This document shows positions 25,705 to 35,600 of a DNA stretch of 64,000 nucleotides, piece by piece. The notes below the pieces were generated by a model, which was not told the origin of the DNA, ran no database searches, and saw only the letters and a list, made by a program, of their open reading frames with translations. Position numbers and translations under genes: made by a program. This DNA is from Nitrospira sp. (lineage in GTDB: Bacteria; Nitrospirota; Thermodesulfovibrionia; UBA6902). How positions within the stretch are numbered: position 1 is the stretch's first letter; the number at the start of each line of letters is the position of its first letter. The stretch covers positions 29,860 to 93,859 of the forward strand of contig JADHUV010000001.1 in assembly GCA_016784355.1 (NCBI GenBank). Direction: 5' to 3'.

Positions 25705-27260
25705 TTGACTACCTCAAATACCTGCCTGGCAGATGCAAGGTCTTTTGAGATATTGAACAGACGGTTCAGCTTTGTAATATGGAAGACCTGCTGTATATTT
25801 TTATTCAGGGTGCACAAAACACACTTTTTGCCGATAGTAGAAAGGTGTTTTTGAACTCGAAAAAAAAGCACCAGTCCGGAACTGTCTACAAAGTTCAGCT
25901 CGTCAAGGTTCAGTATGCAGTTGCTCATACCTATCTCGTTAATAAGGGAGTTAATATCAAGGGCGGCAATCTGAGCCGCATCCAGTCTGCCTGCCAGTGA
26001 AAGGACTTTCTGGTTATCTTCATTATCCAGACTATAATAAAATGGCGGGATATTGTCTTTTTCATCCAGCAGCGCCATGGCATCATCTATCCTGTCTCTT
26101 GTAATTGCCTTAAATAAGTCCCATGTACGGTTTAGCTCAAAAAAATGTCTGAGGTGAAAATTAATACCTATAAATGAAAGGTTCTTATTGTCACGGGTCA
26201 TTTCACGCCAGACTTCCAGTAGAGATCCCAGTCCTGAGGAATCAATAAATGAAGTATTGCTGAAATCAAAGACTATGTGCCGGGAATTTGATATTTCATT
26301 GTCGATTTTATCAAATACATAGTGCATTGAAACACGATCAAGGCGTTCGGGCATTTTTAGCACTTCGATGGTCTGTCTGGAAGATCTGATGGATAGAGTC
26401 TCATTCTTTTGCGGGGGGGCGATTTTTTTATGACGCAGATTAAAAAGCATGAGTCTCTGGCGGTAATAGAGTATGGACGGCAGCACTATCAGGCCGAACT
26501 TGAAAAATCCTACAAAATATCTTTTCCAGAGTCGTTTGGGATCCTGGCTTATTCTGTAGAGCCATTCCATGCCGGATTTCTGCATCCAAAGAGGAGCACG
26601 CTTTACCTTCCCGTTGATGAAATCAAAGGTCCCTCCTACCCCTATTGATACGGGTACTTTAAGGCGGCTTTTATTTCTCTCATACCAGAGTTCCTGTTTA
26701 GGATTTCCAAATCCAATGAATAGGATATCAGCACCCGACTTGTTAATGTCTTTTATTATCGGGCGGTCTGATTCTTCCATTTCTGCGAGTGCTTCACCCT
26801 CAATCTGCACATAAGGAGATCCTGTGCCGGCTATATGAAGACCTGGGAAGTATTTCGTTAGAGTCCCGGCCGCTTTTAATGCAGAATCTTCGGAGCCGCC
26901 CAGAAAATATATGGACTTACCGCGCTTAACGGCTTCCTCCGCTATCCTTGGTACGAGGTCAGCCCCTGTGACGCGTTCTTTAAGGGGCGTACCAAGGAGT
27001 TTACTGGTCCAGACAATCGGCATGCCGTCAGGTGTCACAAGGTCTGCTCTTCGCAGGATATCCAGCAGTTCTGGATGGCTGGAGTTTTTAAGCCCCCATT
27101 TAAGCGTATTGACTACGAAATCCACGTTTGCTGTGACGACATTAGACGGGATACCTGTAGATTTGAAATCCTCAATCATACTGAAAATCTGACCGATAGT
27201 TTCTTCTTTATTCAGGTTGTCTATGGGTATACCCAGAATAACCACGGTGTTACGGGACAT
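25701..27260 (-). CDS. WecG/TagA/CpsF-family (GT26) glycosyltransferase fused to two C-terminal STAS domains
   Basis: 519 aa. The N-terminal 250 aa are typical of the TagA/WecG family (ILGIPIDNL..., ANVDFVV, ADLVTPDGMPIVW, GTGSPY, FIGFGNPKQE). A hydrophobic helix follows, then two STAS units carrying FIDSSGLGSLL and FVDSSGLVLFF. Confidence 0.85.
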   Translation of the reverse strand: MSRNTVVILGIPIDNLNKEETIGQIFSMIEDFKSTGIPSNVVTANVDFVVNTLKWGLKNSSHPELLDILRRADLVTPDGMPIVWTSKLLGTPLKERVTGADLVPRIAEEAVKRGKSIYFLGGSEDSALKAAGTLTKYFPGLHIAGTGSPYVQIEGEALAEMEESDRPIIKDINKSGADILFIGFGNPKQELWYERNKSRLKVPVSIGVGGTFDFINGKVKRAPLWMQKSGMEWLYRISQDPKRLWKRYFVGFFKFGLIVLPSILYYRQRLMLFNLRHKKIAPPQKNETLSIRSSRQTIEVLKMPERLDRVSMHYVFDKIDNEISNSRHIVFDFSNTSFIDSSGLGSLLEVWREMTRDNKNLSFIGINFHLRHFFELNRTWDLFKAITRDRIDDAMALLDEKDNIPPFYYSLDNEDNQKVLSLAGRLDAAQIAALDINSLINEIGMSNCILNLDELNFVDSSGLVLFFRVQKHLSTIGKKCVLCTLNKNIQQVFHITKLNRLFNISKDLASARQVFEVVN

Positions 27261-28090
27261 TAATAGGCTCCTTTTCCGGTGAGTACTGCCGGTATGGTTT
27301 GCAGTAGTATTTTGATATCGCCCCAGAAGGACTGATTTTCAATATATTTAATGTCAAGACGTACCTGTCCCTTGAAATTGATCTCGCTCCTGCCGCTTAC
27401 CTGCCATATGCAGGTAATGCCCGGAATGGCATCAAGACGTCTGCGATCCGAATATTTATATTCTGCTACCTCACCGGGAACAGGCGGGCGCGGTCCTACA
27501 ACTGACATATCACCCTTCATGACATTCCATAGTTGTGGAAGTTCGTCAATCGAGCTTTTCCTGATGAAGCGTCCTATACGTGTTATTCTGGGATCTTGTT
27601 TGATTTTAAATGTAACTTCCTGGGATTCGTTCATACTCATAAGGTCTTTTTTAAGCTGCTCTGCCTTGATAGACATGGATCTGAATTTATACATCTTAAA
27701 GTGTTTACCCCATTTCCCAACTCTTGTATGGCTGAATAGTACAGGTCCGCCGTCTTCCAGTTTGATTGCAAGGGCAATAATGCTTAGCAGTGGCATCAGT
27801 ATTATCATCATGAGCAGGGAGACTAAGATATCCAGCGAACGTTTGAAAAAATAGGCAGATTCTGTAACGATTGCCCAACTGTATTTTTTATATAGAAAGT
27901 ATAGAGATGCCCTGAGACGGGCCATTTTTGTCCCGCCCCTGGTGTATTTACTGTATAAAGTCTCTAATAATTCTTTGTCCATTAAGGCATCACTTCCTGC
28001 GTTCGTGTAAATATGCATGAATCTGCAAAATTCATGCGAATTGGCGGAGGACGTTTCAATACCTGCCTGCGCTATTATTTGTATCGTCAT
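27260..28090 (-). CDS. Undecaprenyl-phosphate sugar phosphotransferase (priming bacterial sugar transferase, WbaP/PssY-like)
   Basis: KRSLDILVSLLMMIILMPLLSIIALAIKLEDGGPVLFSHTRVGKWGKHFKMYKFRSM, SIDELPQLWNVMKGDMSVVGPRPP and PGITCIWQVSGR are all canonical. The true start may be an internal Met (e.g. MARLRASLYF). Confidence 0.9.
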   Translation of the reverse strand: MTIQIIAQAGIETSSANSHEFCRFMHIYTNAGSDALMDKELLETLYSKYTRGGTKMARLRASLYFLYKKYSWAIVTESAYFFKRSLDILVSLLMMIILMPLLSIIALAIKLEDGGPVLFSHTRVGKWGKHFKMYKFRSMSIKAEQLKKDLMSMNESQEVTFKIKQDPRITRIGRFIRKSSIDELPQLWNVMKGDMSVVGPRPPVPGEVAEYKYSDRRRLDAIPGITCIWQVSGRSEINFKGQVRLDIKYIENQSFWGDIKILLQTIPAVLTGKGAY

Positions 28091-28186
28091 AATAAATTAA
28101 TACCTTTACATTGAAGCTGATGTTTGCAGAATACTTTTAAGAGGGCCTTGAATTATGCCTGGGGACACTTTATGCCTGAGTTTTTT

Positions 28187-29683
28187 CTAGGAGGGCTCAT
28201 CATTATCAAGCGATACATCTCTGAATGGGTTGCGGCCTTCCATCAATATATATATCCCGGCAGAAATGCCTATCCCCAGAATAAATATAATGAACATAAA
28301 GGGGATACTGTAAAGGTGTTCGCTGGTAAGCACAGGTCTCAATAATGAAAAAAGTGCGGCCATGCTCCCACCCGTTAAGAGCACCTGCAGCCAGGGTCGG
28401 GCAACGATTTTAAATGGGAAATGATATATACGCATCAATAGCGCACACTCTATTATACCAACCAGTATGAAGGCTGCAGTCATGGAAATAGCAGCGCCCT
28501 GAAGGCCACCATATCTTATACCCGTTGGCAGGAGCACAACTACCAGGATCAGGCCAGCTGTCATGGAAAGGGTTTCATAGGCGGGCTTACCTCTGGCTAT
28601 AAAGGTTGTACCTGATATCTGACTTATTATGCGGAACATTCCGCCCAGGGTAAACCATGCTACAACTATATAGGACATCTGGTATCTCGGGTCATAAATT
28701 AGACGGATGATTTCATGAGAAAAGAGTACAAGGGCCATGGCTGCAGGTACTGCTGCTGCCAGTAAAAGTGCGAGGGTCCTTTCATATATTCTGATAACGC
28801 GGGGCAGATCTCCTGCTACGCTGCTGACTGCCGGAAGGTATGCCTGAGCCACCACCTGAACACTTATCATGGCAATGATCCCCCCCAGATTAATGCCAAG
28901 CTGATATAGCCCCAGCATTTCCATATTAAGCAGTTTACCGATTAGCAAAATATCAATATTCATGGCCGTCCAGGTGATCATGGTATTGATGAATATGAAT
29001 TTTCCGAAGTGAAACAGTTCTGCTCCTGCCTTTTTATCCCATCTTAAGCGCGGTGAATAAGGCTGTATTATGTATGAACCGATCAGGCGGAAAATTACGA
29101 GAGAGACTGAACCGAATGCAAGGGCATAGACTGATCTATAAGTCAGGGCCAAAATTATAGTTGTTATTATGGTTAACAGGTGAGTCGTGATCTCAAATAT
29201 AACCTGTTTTTCTGTGCGGAAGTTTTTGACCAGCAGTGAGATTGCAGGATTTTCAAAGCCCTCGATAAATAATGAGACGGCCATGATCATCATGATGGTC
29301 TTCAACTCGGGTTGTTCATAAAACCCTGCCAGAGGGGATGCGATTAATAATACAAAACAGGCTAGAAACAGACCCCTGAGAATCGCGATTATCCAGGCGG
29401 CATTTAGAAATTCCGGTTCTGATCCCCTTTGATTCTGTATAATAGCTGTTCTTATGCCGGTGTCTGAAAACAGTTGAATAAGGGTCAGTATGATCGAGGC
29501 CGTGGCCATTATCCCGAATGCCTCTGGAAATAAGATCCGTGTCAGGATTATACTGCTTAAAAAACGCAGAAAAAAACTGCCGAATTTTCCAAATAGGCTC
29601 CAGAAGGCAGCCCTCATGCTTTTGACCTTCAGGGAATGCTCCTCAGGCTTAATAAGTTTTTGAAGCAGGTCTTTAAGATTCAT
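28187..29683 (-). CDS. Wzx-type polysaccharide flippase (MOP/polysaccharide biosynthesis protein family)
   Basis: 498 aa with about 12-14 TM helices. The N-terminal pattern (AFWSLFGKFGSFFLRFLSSIILTRILFPEAFG) is typical of the family. Confidence 0.8.
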   Translation of the reverse strand: MNLKDLLQKLIKPEEHSLKVKSMRAAFWSLFGKFGSFFLRFLSSIILTRILFPEAFGIMATASIILTLIQLFSDTGIRTAIIQNQRGSEPEFLNAAWIIAILRGLFLACFVLLIASPLAGFYEQPELKTIMMIMAVSLFIEGFENPAISLLVKNFRTEKQVIFEITTHLLTIITTIILALTYRSVYALAFGSVSLVIFRLIGSYIIQPYSPRLRWDKKAGAELFHFGKFIFINTMITWTAMNIDILLIGKLLNMEMLGLYQLGINLGGIIAMISVQVVAQAYLPAVSSVAGDLPRVIRIYERTLALLLAAAVPAAMALVLFSHEIIRLIYDPRYQMSYIVVAWFTLGGMFRIISQISGTTFIARGKPAYETLSMTAGLILVVVLLPTGIRYGGLQGAAISMTAAFILVGIIECALLMRIYHFPFKIVARPWLQVLLTGGSMAALFSLLRPVLTSEHLYSIPFMFIIFILGIGISAGIYILMEGRNPFRDVSLDNDEPS

Positions 29684-30890
29684 CCGGCCCGGTTTTGTCT
29701 ATATCTTTAAGTTCGGATTTTCTTTTTGTTCTTTTCCAGGATTGGACCTTTCCCCGCAGTGCAAGGCTCAGGTATATAGGCAGTTTCGATAGGATATAAA
29801 AGGGTGCTGCCAGAAGATATATCCAGACTGAAAGTGGGGTTTTTCTTAAGATCTGTCCTGAAAGTACATAGAAAATCTCAACGGCACAGATAGCAATGAA
29901 AACTGGTGTCCATGCATGGTAGTGTAAAAGTGTCAGGGCAAAAAGGGCAGACTGTATTATCAGAAACAGGCTGAGAGGGGGGGTGATCAGCTCCATGAAT
30001 TCATCAAGGTATTTTATGCTGCCGCTGCCCGCAAATTTTTTAAAAACACACAATGCGTTTTTTTTAAATATCTCCAGCCTGCCGCCTTCCCATCTTTCTC
30101 TTTGAGTTTGCAGCTGCTTTTTCTCTATGGCCATCTCACTTACTACCAACGCATCCGGGTTGTAGTGTATCAGGATTCCGTCATGGAGAAGCTGCAGTGA
30201 AAACTCCAGATCTTCCACTATGGAGTGGGCCGGCCACCCATATTTTTTCAGGATCGGGGTTCTGAAGGCCATGCCGTTACCCTTAAGACCGGCCGTACCG
30301 CCTATAACATTACGACCGGCAGGTCGCAGGTGGTTAAATACATTGAAGGCAGCCGTTGAGATGGCTGTGCGCCAGTTGTCTTCCGGATTTGAGACACCGT
30401 TATACCCCTGAACTACCTGGACGTCCGGATGAGAAAGACTGCTTGCTACCTCGGATAGATAAGACTCAGACATTAAAGCATCAGCATCAATAAGGGCAAC
30501 TATCTGAAATGCCCCGTAAGCCTCAGTATATTGCCGTAGGAACCAGTCAAGGGCCTGCCCCTTTCCGCGATTAGCTGTATCATTGCGCTCAAAGACAGTT
30601 GCGCCAGCGGCTCTTGCAAATTCAGCAGTTCTGTCATCACAGTTGTCAGCGATTACCATGACTGAATAACGGTCTTCGGGGTAGCCGGATTTATAGACCT
30701 GCTGCAGGGTTTTCTCTATCTGCAGTTCTTCATTATGTGCGGGAATAAGAACTGCGATAGCTGGAGGAACAGGAAAAGTCGCGGTTTTTTTATGGAAGAA
30801 AAAGGCTGCAAGGGTTAGCGTGAAAAAATATAATGCTACTGAAACACAGTAAAGAGAAGAAATAATGAAAAGTATATCTATTATAATCAT
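29673..30890 (-). CDS. Membrane-embedded family-2 glycosyltransferase with a processive-type Q(R/Q)xRW motif
   Basis: 405 aa. Motifs: AVLIPAHNEE, VIADNCDD, LIDADA and QRERWEGG (QxxRW-like), with flanking TM helices at both ends. Confidence 0.8.
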   Translation of the reverse strand: MIIIDILFIISSLYCVSVALYFFTLTLAAFFFHKKTATFPVPPAIAVLIPAHNEELQIEKTLQQVYKSGYPEDRYSVMVIADNCDDRTAEFARAAGATVFERNDTANRGKGQALDWFLRQYTEAYGAFQIVALIDADALMSESYLSEVASSLSHPDVQVVQGYNGVSNPEDNWRTAISTAAFNVFNHLRPAGRNVIGGTAGLKGNGMAFRTPILKKYGWPAHSIVEDLEFSLQLLHDGILIHYNPDALVVSEMAIEKKQLQTQRERWEGGRLEIFKKNALCVFKKFAGSGSIKYLDEFMELITPPLSLFLIIQSALFALTLLHYHAWTPVFIAICAVEIFYVLSGQILRKTPLSVWIYLLAAPFYILSKLPIYLSLALRGKVQSWKRTKRKSELKDIDKTGPDES

Positions 30891-30894
30891 GATA

Positions 30895-32970
30895 TTAATT
30901 TGAGCTCACTTCATACATAAAGGCTCTGTCATCACGGTTGAGGGGCAGAACCCAATATTCTCCTGATCTGCTGAGACTGCCTGATTTGCCGGTCTTTCCG
31001 GAGGGCAGAATGGTCCTGTATTTTACTTCTTTGTTGCTGTTTCTTATCAGGATACTGCCGGTAATGATTTCGGACATGATACGGGCGCTGCCACTATACT
31101 TTATCGAGTCTGTCAGCTCAACATCTGAGAGGGAGTGATGGTTGTCTGCTTTAGACGTGATAAAGATAAACAGTTTATCGGCCTTATTTATTGGTGCTGC
31201 ATTGCTTCCGGGTGAGATAACTGCTCCTGCAAAAAATTCATTATCAATTCGGAAAGAGATGTCATTGGTTTTTCTAATATTGCCGCTGCCTGTGCCGACT
31301 GCGGCCTGTGCCGTAGGCGTATCAATAAGTCTATATCCGTCCTGCCAGTCCCAGAATAGCTGCCCGTCCGCTGATTTTACATCTGCTGCCTGAAAGGGCA
31401 TGAGGTTGGTGAGAGGGCTAATCCCGTCATCTTTATTGTTCCAGCTCAGAGAGAGCCTGTGTTGCCAGAGTCCTGTTCTGTAGGCAAGCATATCTTCAGG
31501 CTTGTAATGGGCTGTATATAATTCTTCTTCACTGACTTTCAAGGTTCTGCTTTCGCCAGCTGGCTTTACTGCAGATCTGAAAAGCAGTGCAGCGGCCGGT
31601 AGAAGGGTTATTCTGGCGGGATCTATGACTACATCATTTGGATGGTGCAGAAAAGATTGTACCCATGTATCGTGAGAATAGTCGTAGAGAATTGTTGCAT
31701 TCCAACCCTGATAGGCAGCGATGGCTGCGAACGTAAGAGGGTATTCAGCCCTGTATTCTTTGGGATAGTCCATATTCCATTCGCTGACGACAAAAGGCAT
31801 GCCTTTGACCCTTGCAAAGGACTGACTCTGCAGTGTTGTAGCCGCTTTAAAGGGAGAGGTTCTGAAATCAGCATCTGCGGAATCTCCTTTGACGTAAATA
31901 TGCTGGTCAATAAAATCGGTAGAAGCAAGCGCCGGCAGGTCATAAAGCTGTGATGCCCAGTTTGTACCCGTGACAGGAATTCTTACTCCAAGATCTCTGA
32001 GGAATTGATGCATATCAGTGAAATAATCAATCATTATTTTATTTGCAGCTTTTTTTCCTTCAGGTGTTTTCCAAACCTGACGCGTCTTTTTTTTATTCAG
32101 GTTATTTTCGGCTGCATAGGAATCAAGATAGCTGGTAAACAGTCGGGAAAGGGCAGGGTGCTCAGGGGTATGATCGGGCGTAAGAAAATAATGACTGGTC
32201 AGGTCGTTTTCATTTGTGATGAGAGTGAGTGCAATTGCCGGTTCATTTTTGTATCGAAGCCCTGTATAAGGGTTTATATGATTCCAGATGGCAGCGGCAA
32301 AATCTTTCTGCAATACTATAAGATGCGGGTCAATTATAGTGGCTCCTTTTCCCTGATACGGCAGTGCTGCAGCATTGATGATGCCGTCCCCATCTTTAAA
32401 CTCACGCGAGACAAACAGATCGATATAAATATATATGCCTTCCTGCTTTAATAGAGAGATAAAGTAATCCAGCCTGTCCCAGCTCTCATAATTGAAGTGT
32501 CTGCTGTCGTTATGATTTTTATAATCTATAAGACTCAGAGAATTCCAGGATGCATCCATGTGGTGCAGCCGGACCATATTAAATCCGAGAGCAGCCAGAC
32601 GTTTTGCTATAAGAGGGGCCTCCTGCTTGCTAGGGAAACATGAGGCCGCACTCAGGGCTATTCCCCAGAAACGGGTCTCTGTTCCGTCTTCAAAAATAAA
32701 GCGGTCGCCTTTAATTTCAAGGAAACCGTGTTTTCCTGCCGGCGGGTCATTAAGATAACTCATATCTGCAAAGATAGACTCAGGGGTAAGGGTGCTTTCA
32801 TACCAGTCGTTCTGCAACGTCTCAGGCGACAGTGCATTTTTAGCTGAACTTGCGGCAATCTCCTCTGATAAGAATGAAAAAACAGCAACACAGATCAGGA
32901 TAATGGCTATAAATGAGGTGCCGGACTTCACTGCGGGCTTTATAGAATCAGTGAGATAATAAGGCTTCAT
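30895..32970 (-). CDS. Secreted or anchored glycoside hydrolase, (beta/alpha)8 clan GH-A-like (GH5-type)
   Basis: 691 aa with an N-terminal anchor. FWGIAL...AKRLAALGFNMVRLHHMD and LITNENDL (the NE acid/base context) resemble GH5/GH-A enzymes. The family level is uncertain without an HMM search. Confidence 0.55.
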   Translation of the reverse strand: MKPYYLTDSIKPAVKSGTSFIAIILICVAVFSFLSEEIAASSAKNALSPETLQNDWYESTLTPESIFADMSYLNDPPAGKHGFLEIKGDRFIFEDGTETRFWGIALSAASCFPSKQEAPLIAKRLAALGFNMVRLHHMDASWNSLSLIDYKNHNDSRHFNYESWDRLDYFISLLKQEGIYIYIDLFVSREFKDGDGIINAAALPYQGKGATIIDPHLIVLQKDFAAAIWNHINPYTGLRYKNEPAIALTLITNENDLTSHYFLTPDHTPEHPALSRLFTSYLDSYAAENNLNKKKTRQVWKTPEGKKAANKIMIDYFTDMHQFLRDLGVRIPVTGTNWASQLYDLPALASTDFIDQHIYVKGDSADADFRTSPFKAATTLQSQSFARVKGMPFVVSEWNMDYPKEYRAEYPLTFAAIAAYQGWNATILYDYSHDTWVQSFLHHPNDVVIDPARITLLPAAALLFRSAVKPAGESRTLKVSEEELYTAHYKPEDMLAYRTGLWQHRLSLSWNNKDDGISPLTNLMPFQAADVKSADGQLFWDWQDGYRLIDTPTAQAAVGTGSGNIRKTNDISFRIDNEFFAGAVISPGSNAAPINKADKLFIFITSKADNHHSLSDVELTDSIKYSGSARIMSEIITGSILIRNSNKEVKYRTILPSGKTGKSGSLSRSGEYWVLPLNRDDRAFMYEVSSN

Positions 32971-34235
32971 TAAATATTCAAATGTTTTTTAAATAGATTG
33001 GCCATTAGCTCACAATTTTGTTTAAGGCTGTATTGCTGCATGACTTTCTGCCTGGCTGCTTTACCTAGTACCTTTCTTAATTCCGGGTCACTTAGAAGTG
33101 TTTGAAGTGCATCTGTAAGACCTGCTACATCCGAAGGAGATACCAGGACGCCGTCTTTCCAGTTATCGATCAGCTCAGGTATACCTGTTATGCGGGTGGA
33201 AACAGAGGGTATCGATTTAGACATGGCTTCCATAAGGACAACCGGCAGGCCTTCTGCAAAACTGGCAAGGACGAATATATTAGCCCGATCATAATGGCTG
33301 CGCACTGCCTCCTGTCCGAGTGCGCCGGTAAATATTACATTGCTGGATAGTCCCAGTTTTTTTGTGAGGGCCTCAAGCGAATCTCTGTCTTCACCTTCTC
33401 CGATAAAGGTCATATGGAATTTTGCACCTCTGTCTTTAAGTCTTCCACAGGCTTGAAGAAGAATATGCTGCCCCTTTGCCGGTACAAGCCTTCCGACGCA
33501 AAGTATTTCTGGTATATTATCTGCAATTTTATCTGATGGTGTGAATATCTCTGGATCGATGCCGCAACGCACGATATCCAGTTTACTCCACATCGCAGTC
33601 GGCAGCAGTCGCATCAATTGACTCTGGCAGTAATGACTTATACATCTGACAAAGAGGGCTTTTTTGGCTTTCTCCGCAAGCAGCAGCGGATCTACGTTAT
33701 AAAACACATCAGGGCCATGCACACTCATACTATAGGTTATATTGCCGTAGCTTGAGGCTATCATGGCTACAGTTGCAGCCGGGTTGGCAAAGTGAACATG
33801 TATATGGTTTATCGCATTCCGGAACATCCAATTTAGTAAAATGCCTGCCTCTGCAAAATATGCCAGTCCCTTTAAGACATTGCGCGGCCCACTACGGGAG
33901 AGTGTAATGGCCTCGCTGAGCATAGACAGATATTTGGCTGGGGATTTAATTAATATGTTTATATGGGCCAAAATAATTTCGATAATGGGGAGATCTTTAA
34001 TATACAGTGTCTCTTCAGTTTCATGTTTTTCCTCTGTGGTCATTTTACTGAGGAAGGCCGGCCTTTTAATTGAGGCGGTCATGACCTGAAGTCCCATGGC
34101 TCGCAAAGCCTGGATCTCTCTGAATATAAAGGTGTGAGAGATTGCAGGATATTCACTTGTCAGGTACGCGATACGTTGTTTCAGGCTTGTCATTTTTCTG
34201 TCCTGTGTTTTTACAGAATTCGCTGAAATTCCCAT
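32970..34235 (-). CDS. Family-4 (GT-B) glycosyltransferase, WcaL-like
   Basis: 421 aa with the C-terminal EX7E-type region FVLASFAEGLPVVLMEAMSKSIPSVSTRITGIPELI. Confidence 0.85.
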   Translation of the reverse strand: MGISANSVKTQDRKMTSLKQRIAYLTSEYPAISHTFIFREIQALRAMGLQVMTASIKRPAFLSKMTTEEKHETEETLYIKDLPIIEIILAHINILIKSPAKYLSMLSEAITLSRSGPRNVLKGLAYFAEAGILLNWMFRNAINHIHVHFANPAATVAMIASSYGNITYSMSVHGPDVFYNVDPLLLAEKAKKALFVRCISHYCQSQLMRLLPTAMWSKLDIVRCGIDPEIFTPSDKIADNIPEILCVGRLVPAKGQHILLQACGRLKDRGAKFHMTFIGEGEDRDSLEALTKKLGLSSNVIFTGALGQEAVRSHYDRANIFVLASFAEGLPVVLMEAMSKSIPSVSTRITGIPELIDNWKDGVLVSPSDVAGLTDALQTLLSDPELRKVLGKAARQKVMQQYSLKQNCELMANLFKKHLNI

Positions 34236-35557
34236 TCTGCGAGTCCGTAAATATTATTAGTTTTTGGAACGCTCGTCATCTTTAACCCCTGACTTTTCTC
34301 ATAACCTATAGTGGAAGCCATGGCCGCCAGCATGAATACAACTTGTTCAGACTGTCCTCCCATATAGACAGTTGCAAGCGTAATAAACCATGTGCCGGCA
34401 CACGCGGTAAGCATCCAGGCAAGTTGTCCTGACTTATGATCCGGAGGATGAGTCCATCCGTAGTATAGTAGTCTGGCGCTTAAAAAAATTGTCATGGCTA
34501 CAAAAAGATACATTGCAAGCACTCCGTGAAGCAGAGATATAAAGAGATACTGATTGTCCACAGACTTCTGCCCGCCCACGACGGGGATTCCCTGTCTGCC
34601 GTGGCCCAGCCAGAGCTTCTTTTTGATAACATCAATGTAGTTATCGAGGAGTTCCTTCCGGTATGCCGCACTTTCCTGCGTCTCTGTTTTGGCACTTAAA
34701 CGATCCACATGTATATAGTCCAGAAACATGGCCATGGCTGGTGGAATCAGCATGAAACAGATCAGGGCAATTACAATAATCGCATTTAAGCGTTTTTTCG
34801 ACCATCCTACAAAAAGAATTACCAGTCCTGCCAGAAAACCCAGAATCGGTCCTCTGGACATTGCCATGGCCATACCCGCGAAGTTCAGTATTATCACGGC
34901 TTTGCCAACCCAGGGATATTGCCAGGCCTTTTGTTTGTTGAGCCAGATGGCAAAGAGTGCAAAAAAAGACCACATAAGACCGGCAAGTATGGGGTGTCCA
35001 TAGGTAGCAGCAACGCGGATAAAACCCCATCTGCCCTGACGTGACCACTCACTTGCATCTGGCCATATATATTGCAGGGGATCTGTGATAACAATGGCGA
35101 GCCGGAATTCTACCGGAGAAAGCAGGGCCAGTATTGCACCAATTGCTACCATCACTTTAAGAATTTCGACCCTCAGATGCGGCTGCTGGAAGAAATGTTT
35201 AGTCAGCAGATAGGGAATAATTACCTGAACAAACCTGTCGATGATAATATTTATACCGTCTTTTGTTCCCATAGTTGTGAATTCACTGATGATGGAAATG
35301 ATCACATATGAAAAAACAAAGAGGTCTATAAAGGAATATTTGTACTCACGAATGCCGTGCTGCAGCCACCATAAAAAAAGCGGCAGCGCAGCGAAATGGA
35401 AAAAATTGAGATCCGGAAGTCCAGGGAGAGGGAAATAGTAATATGAGGGGACGGCCAGCAGCATAGGAAGCACAAGGTAGAGAAATACCTTTTCCGGAGA
35501 ACTGGAAGTAAGCATCAGGGTTGCTATAATTCCGGGTATGAGTGCCAGTGCGTGCAT
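34211..35557 (-). CDS. Wzy-type polymerase / O-antigen-ligase-family membrane protein
   Basis: 448 aa and polytopic, with the Wzy_C-like segment NFAGMAMAMSRGPILGFLAGLVILFV followed by a periplasmic loop. Confidence 0.75.
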   Translation of the reverse strand: MHALALIPGIIATLMLTSSSPEKVFLYLVLPMLLAVPSYYYFPLPGLPDLNFFHFAALPLFLWWLQHGIREYKYSFIDLFVFSYVIISIISEFTTMGTKDGINIIIDRFVQVIIPYLLTKHFFQQPHLRVEILKVMVAIGAILALLSPVEFRLAIVITDPLQYIWPDASEWSRQGRWGFIRVAATYGHPILAGLMWSFFALFAIWLNKQKAWQYPWVGKAVIILNFAGMAMAMSRGPILGFLAGLVILFVGWSKKRLNAIIVIALICFMLIPPAMAMFLDYIHVDRLSAKTETQESAAYRKELLDNYIDVIKKKLWLGHGRQGIPVVGGQKSVDNQYLFISLLHGVLAMYLFVAMTIFLSARLLYYGWTHPPDHKSGQLAWMLTACAGTWFITLATVYMGGQSEQVVFMLAAMASTIGYEKSQGLKMTSVPKTNNIYGLAEWEFQRIL

Positions 35558-35600
35558 CAGATTAGATCATCATTCGTTTTTTGTAAATATGTTAGTGTCA

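Noticed and set aside
34211-35557. Whether this polytopic 448-aa protein could be the missing exosortase for the PEP-CTERM protein.
   Set aside because: It carries a Wzy_C/O-antigen-ligase-type segment (MAMSRGPILGFLAGL) and a large periplasmic loop. I could not find the exosortase Cys/Arg/His motif pattern, so Wzy-type polymerase is the better call.
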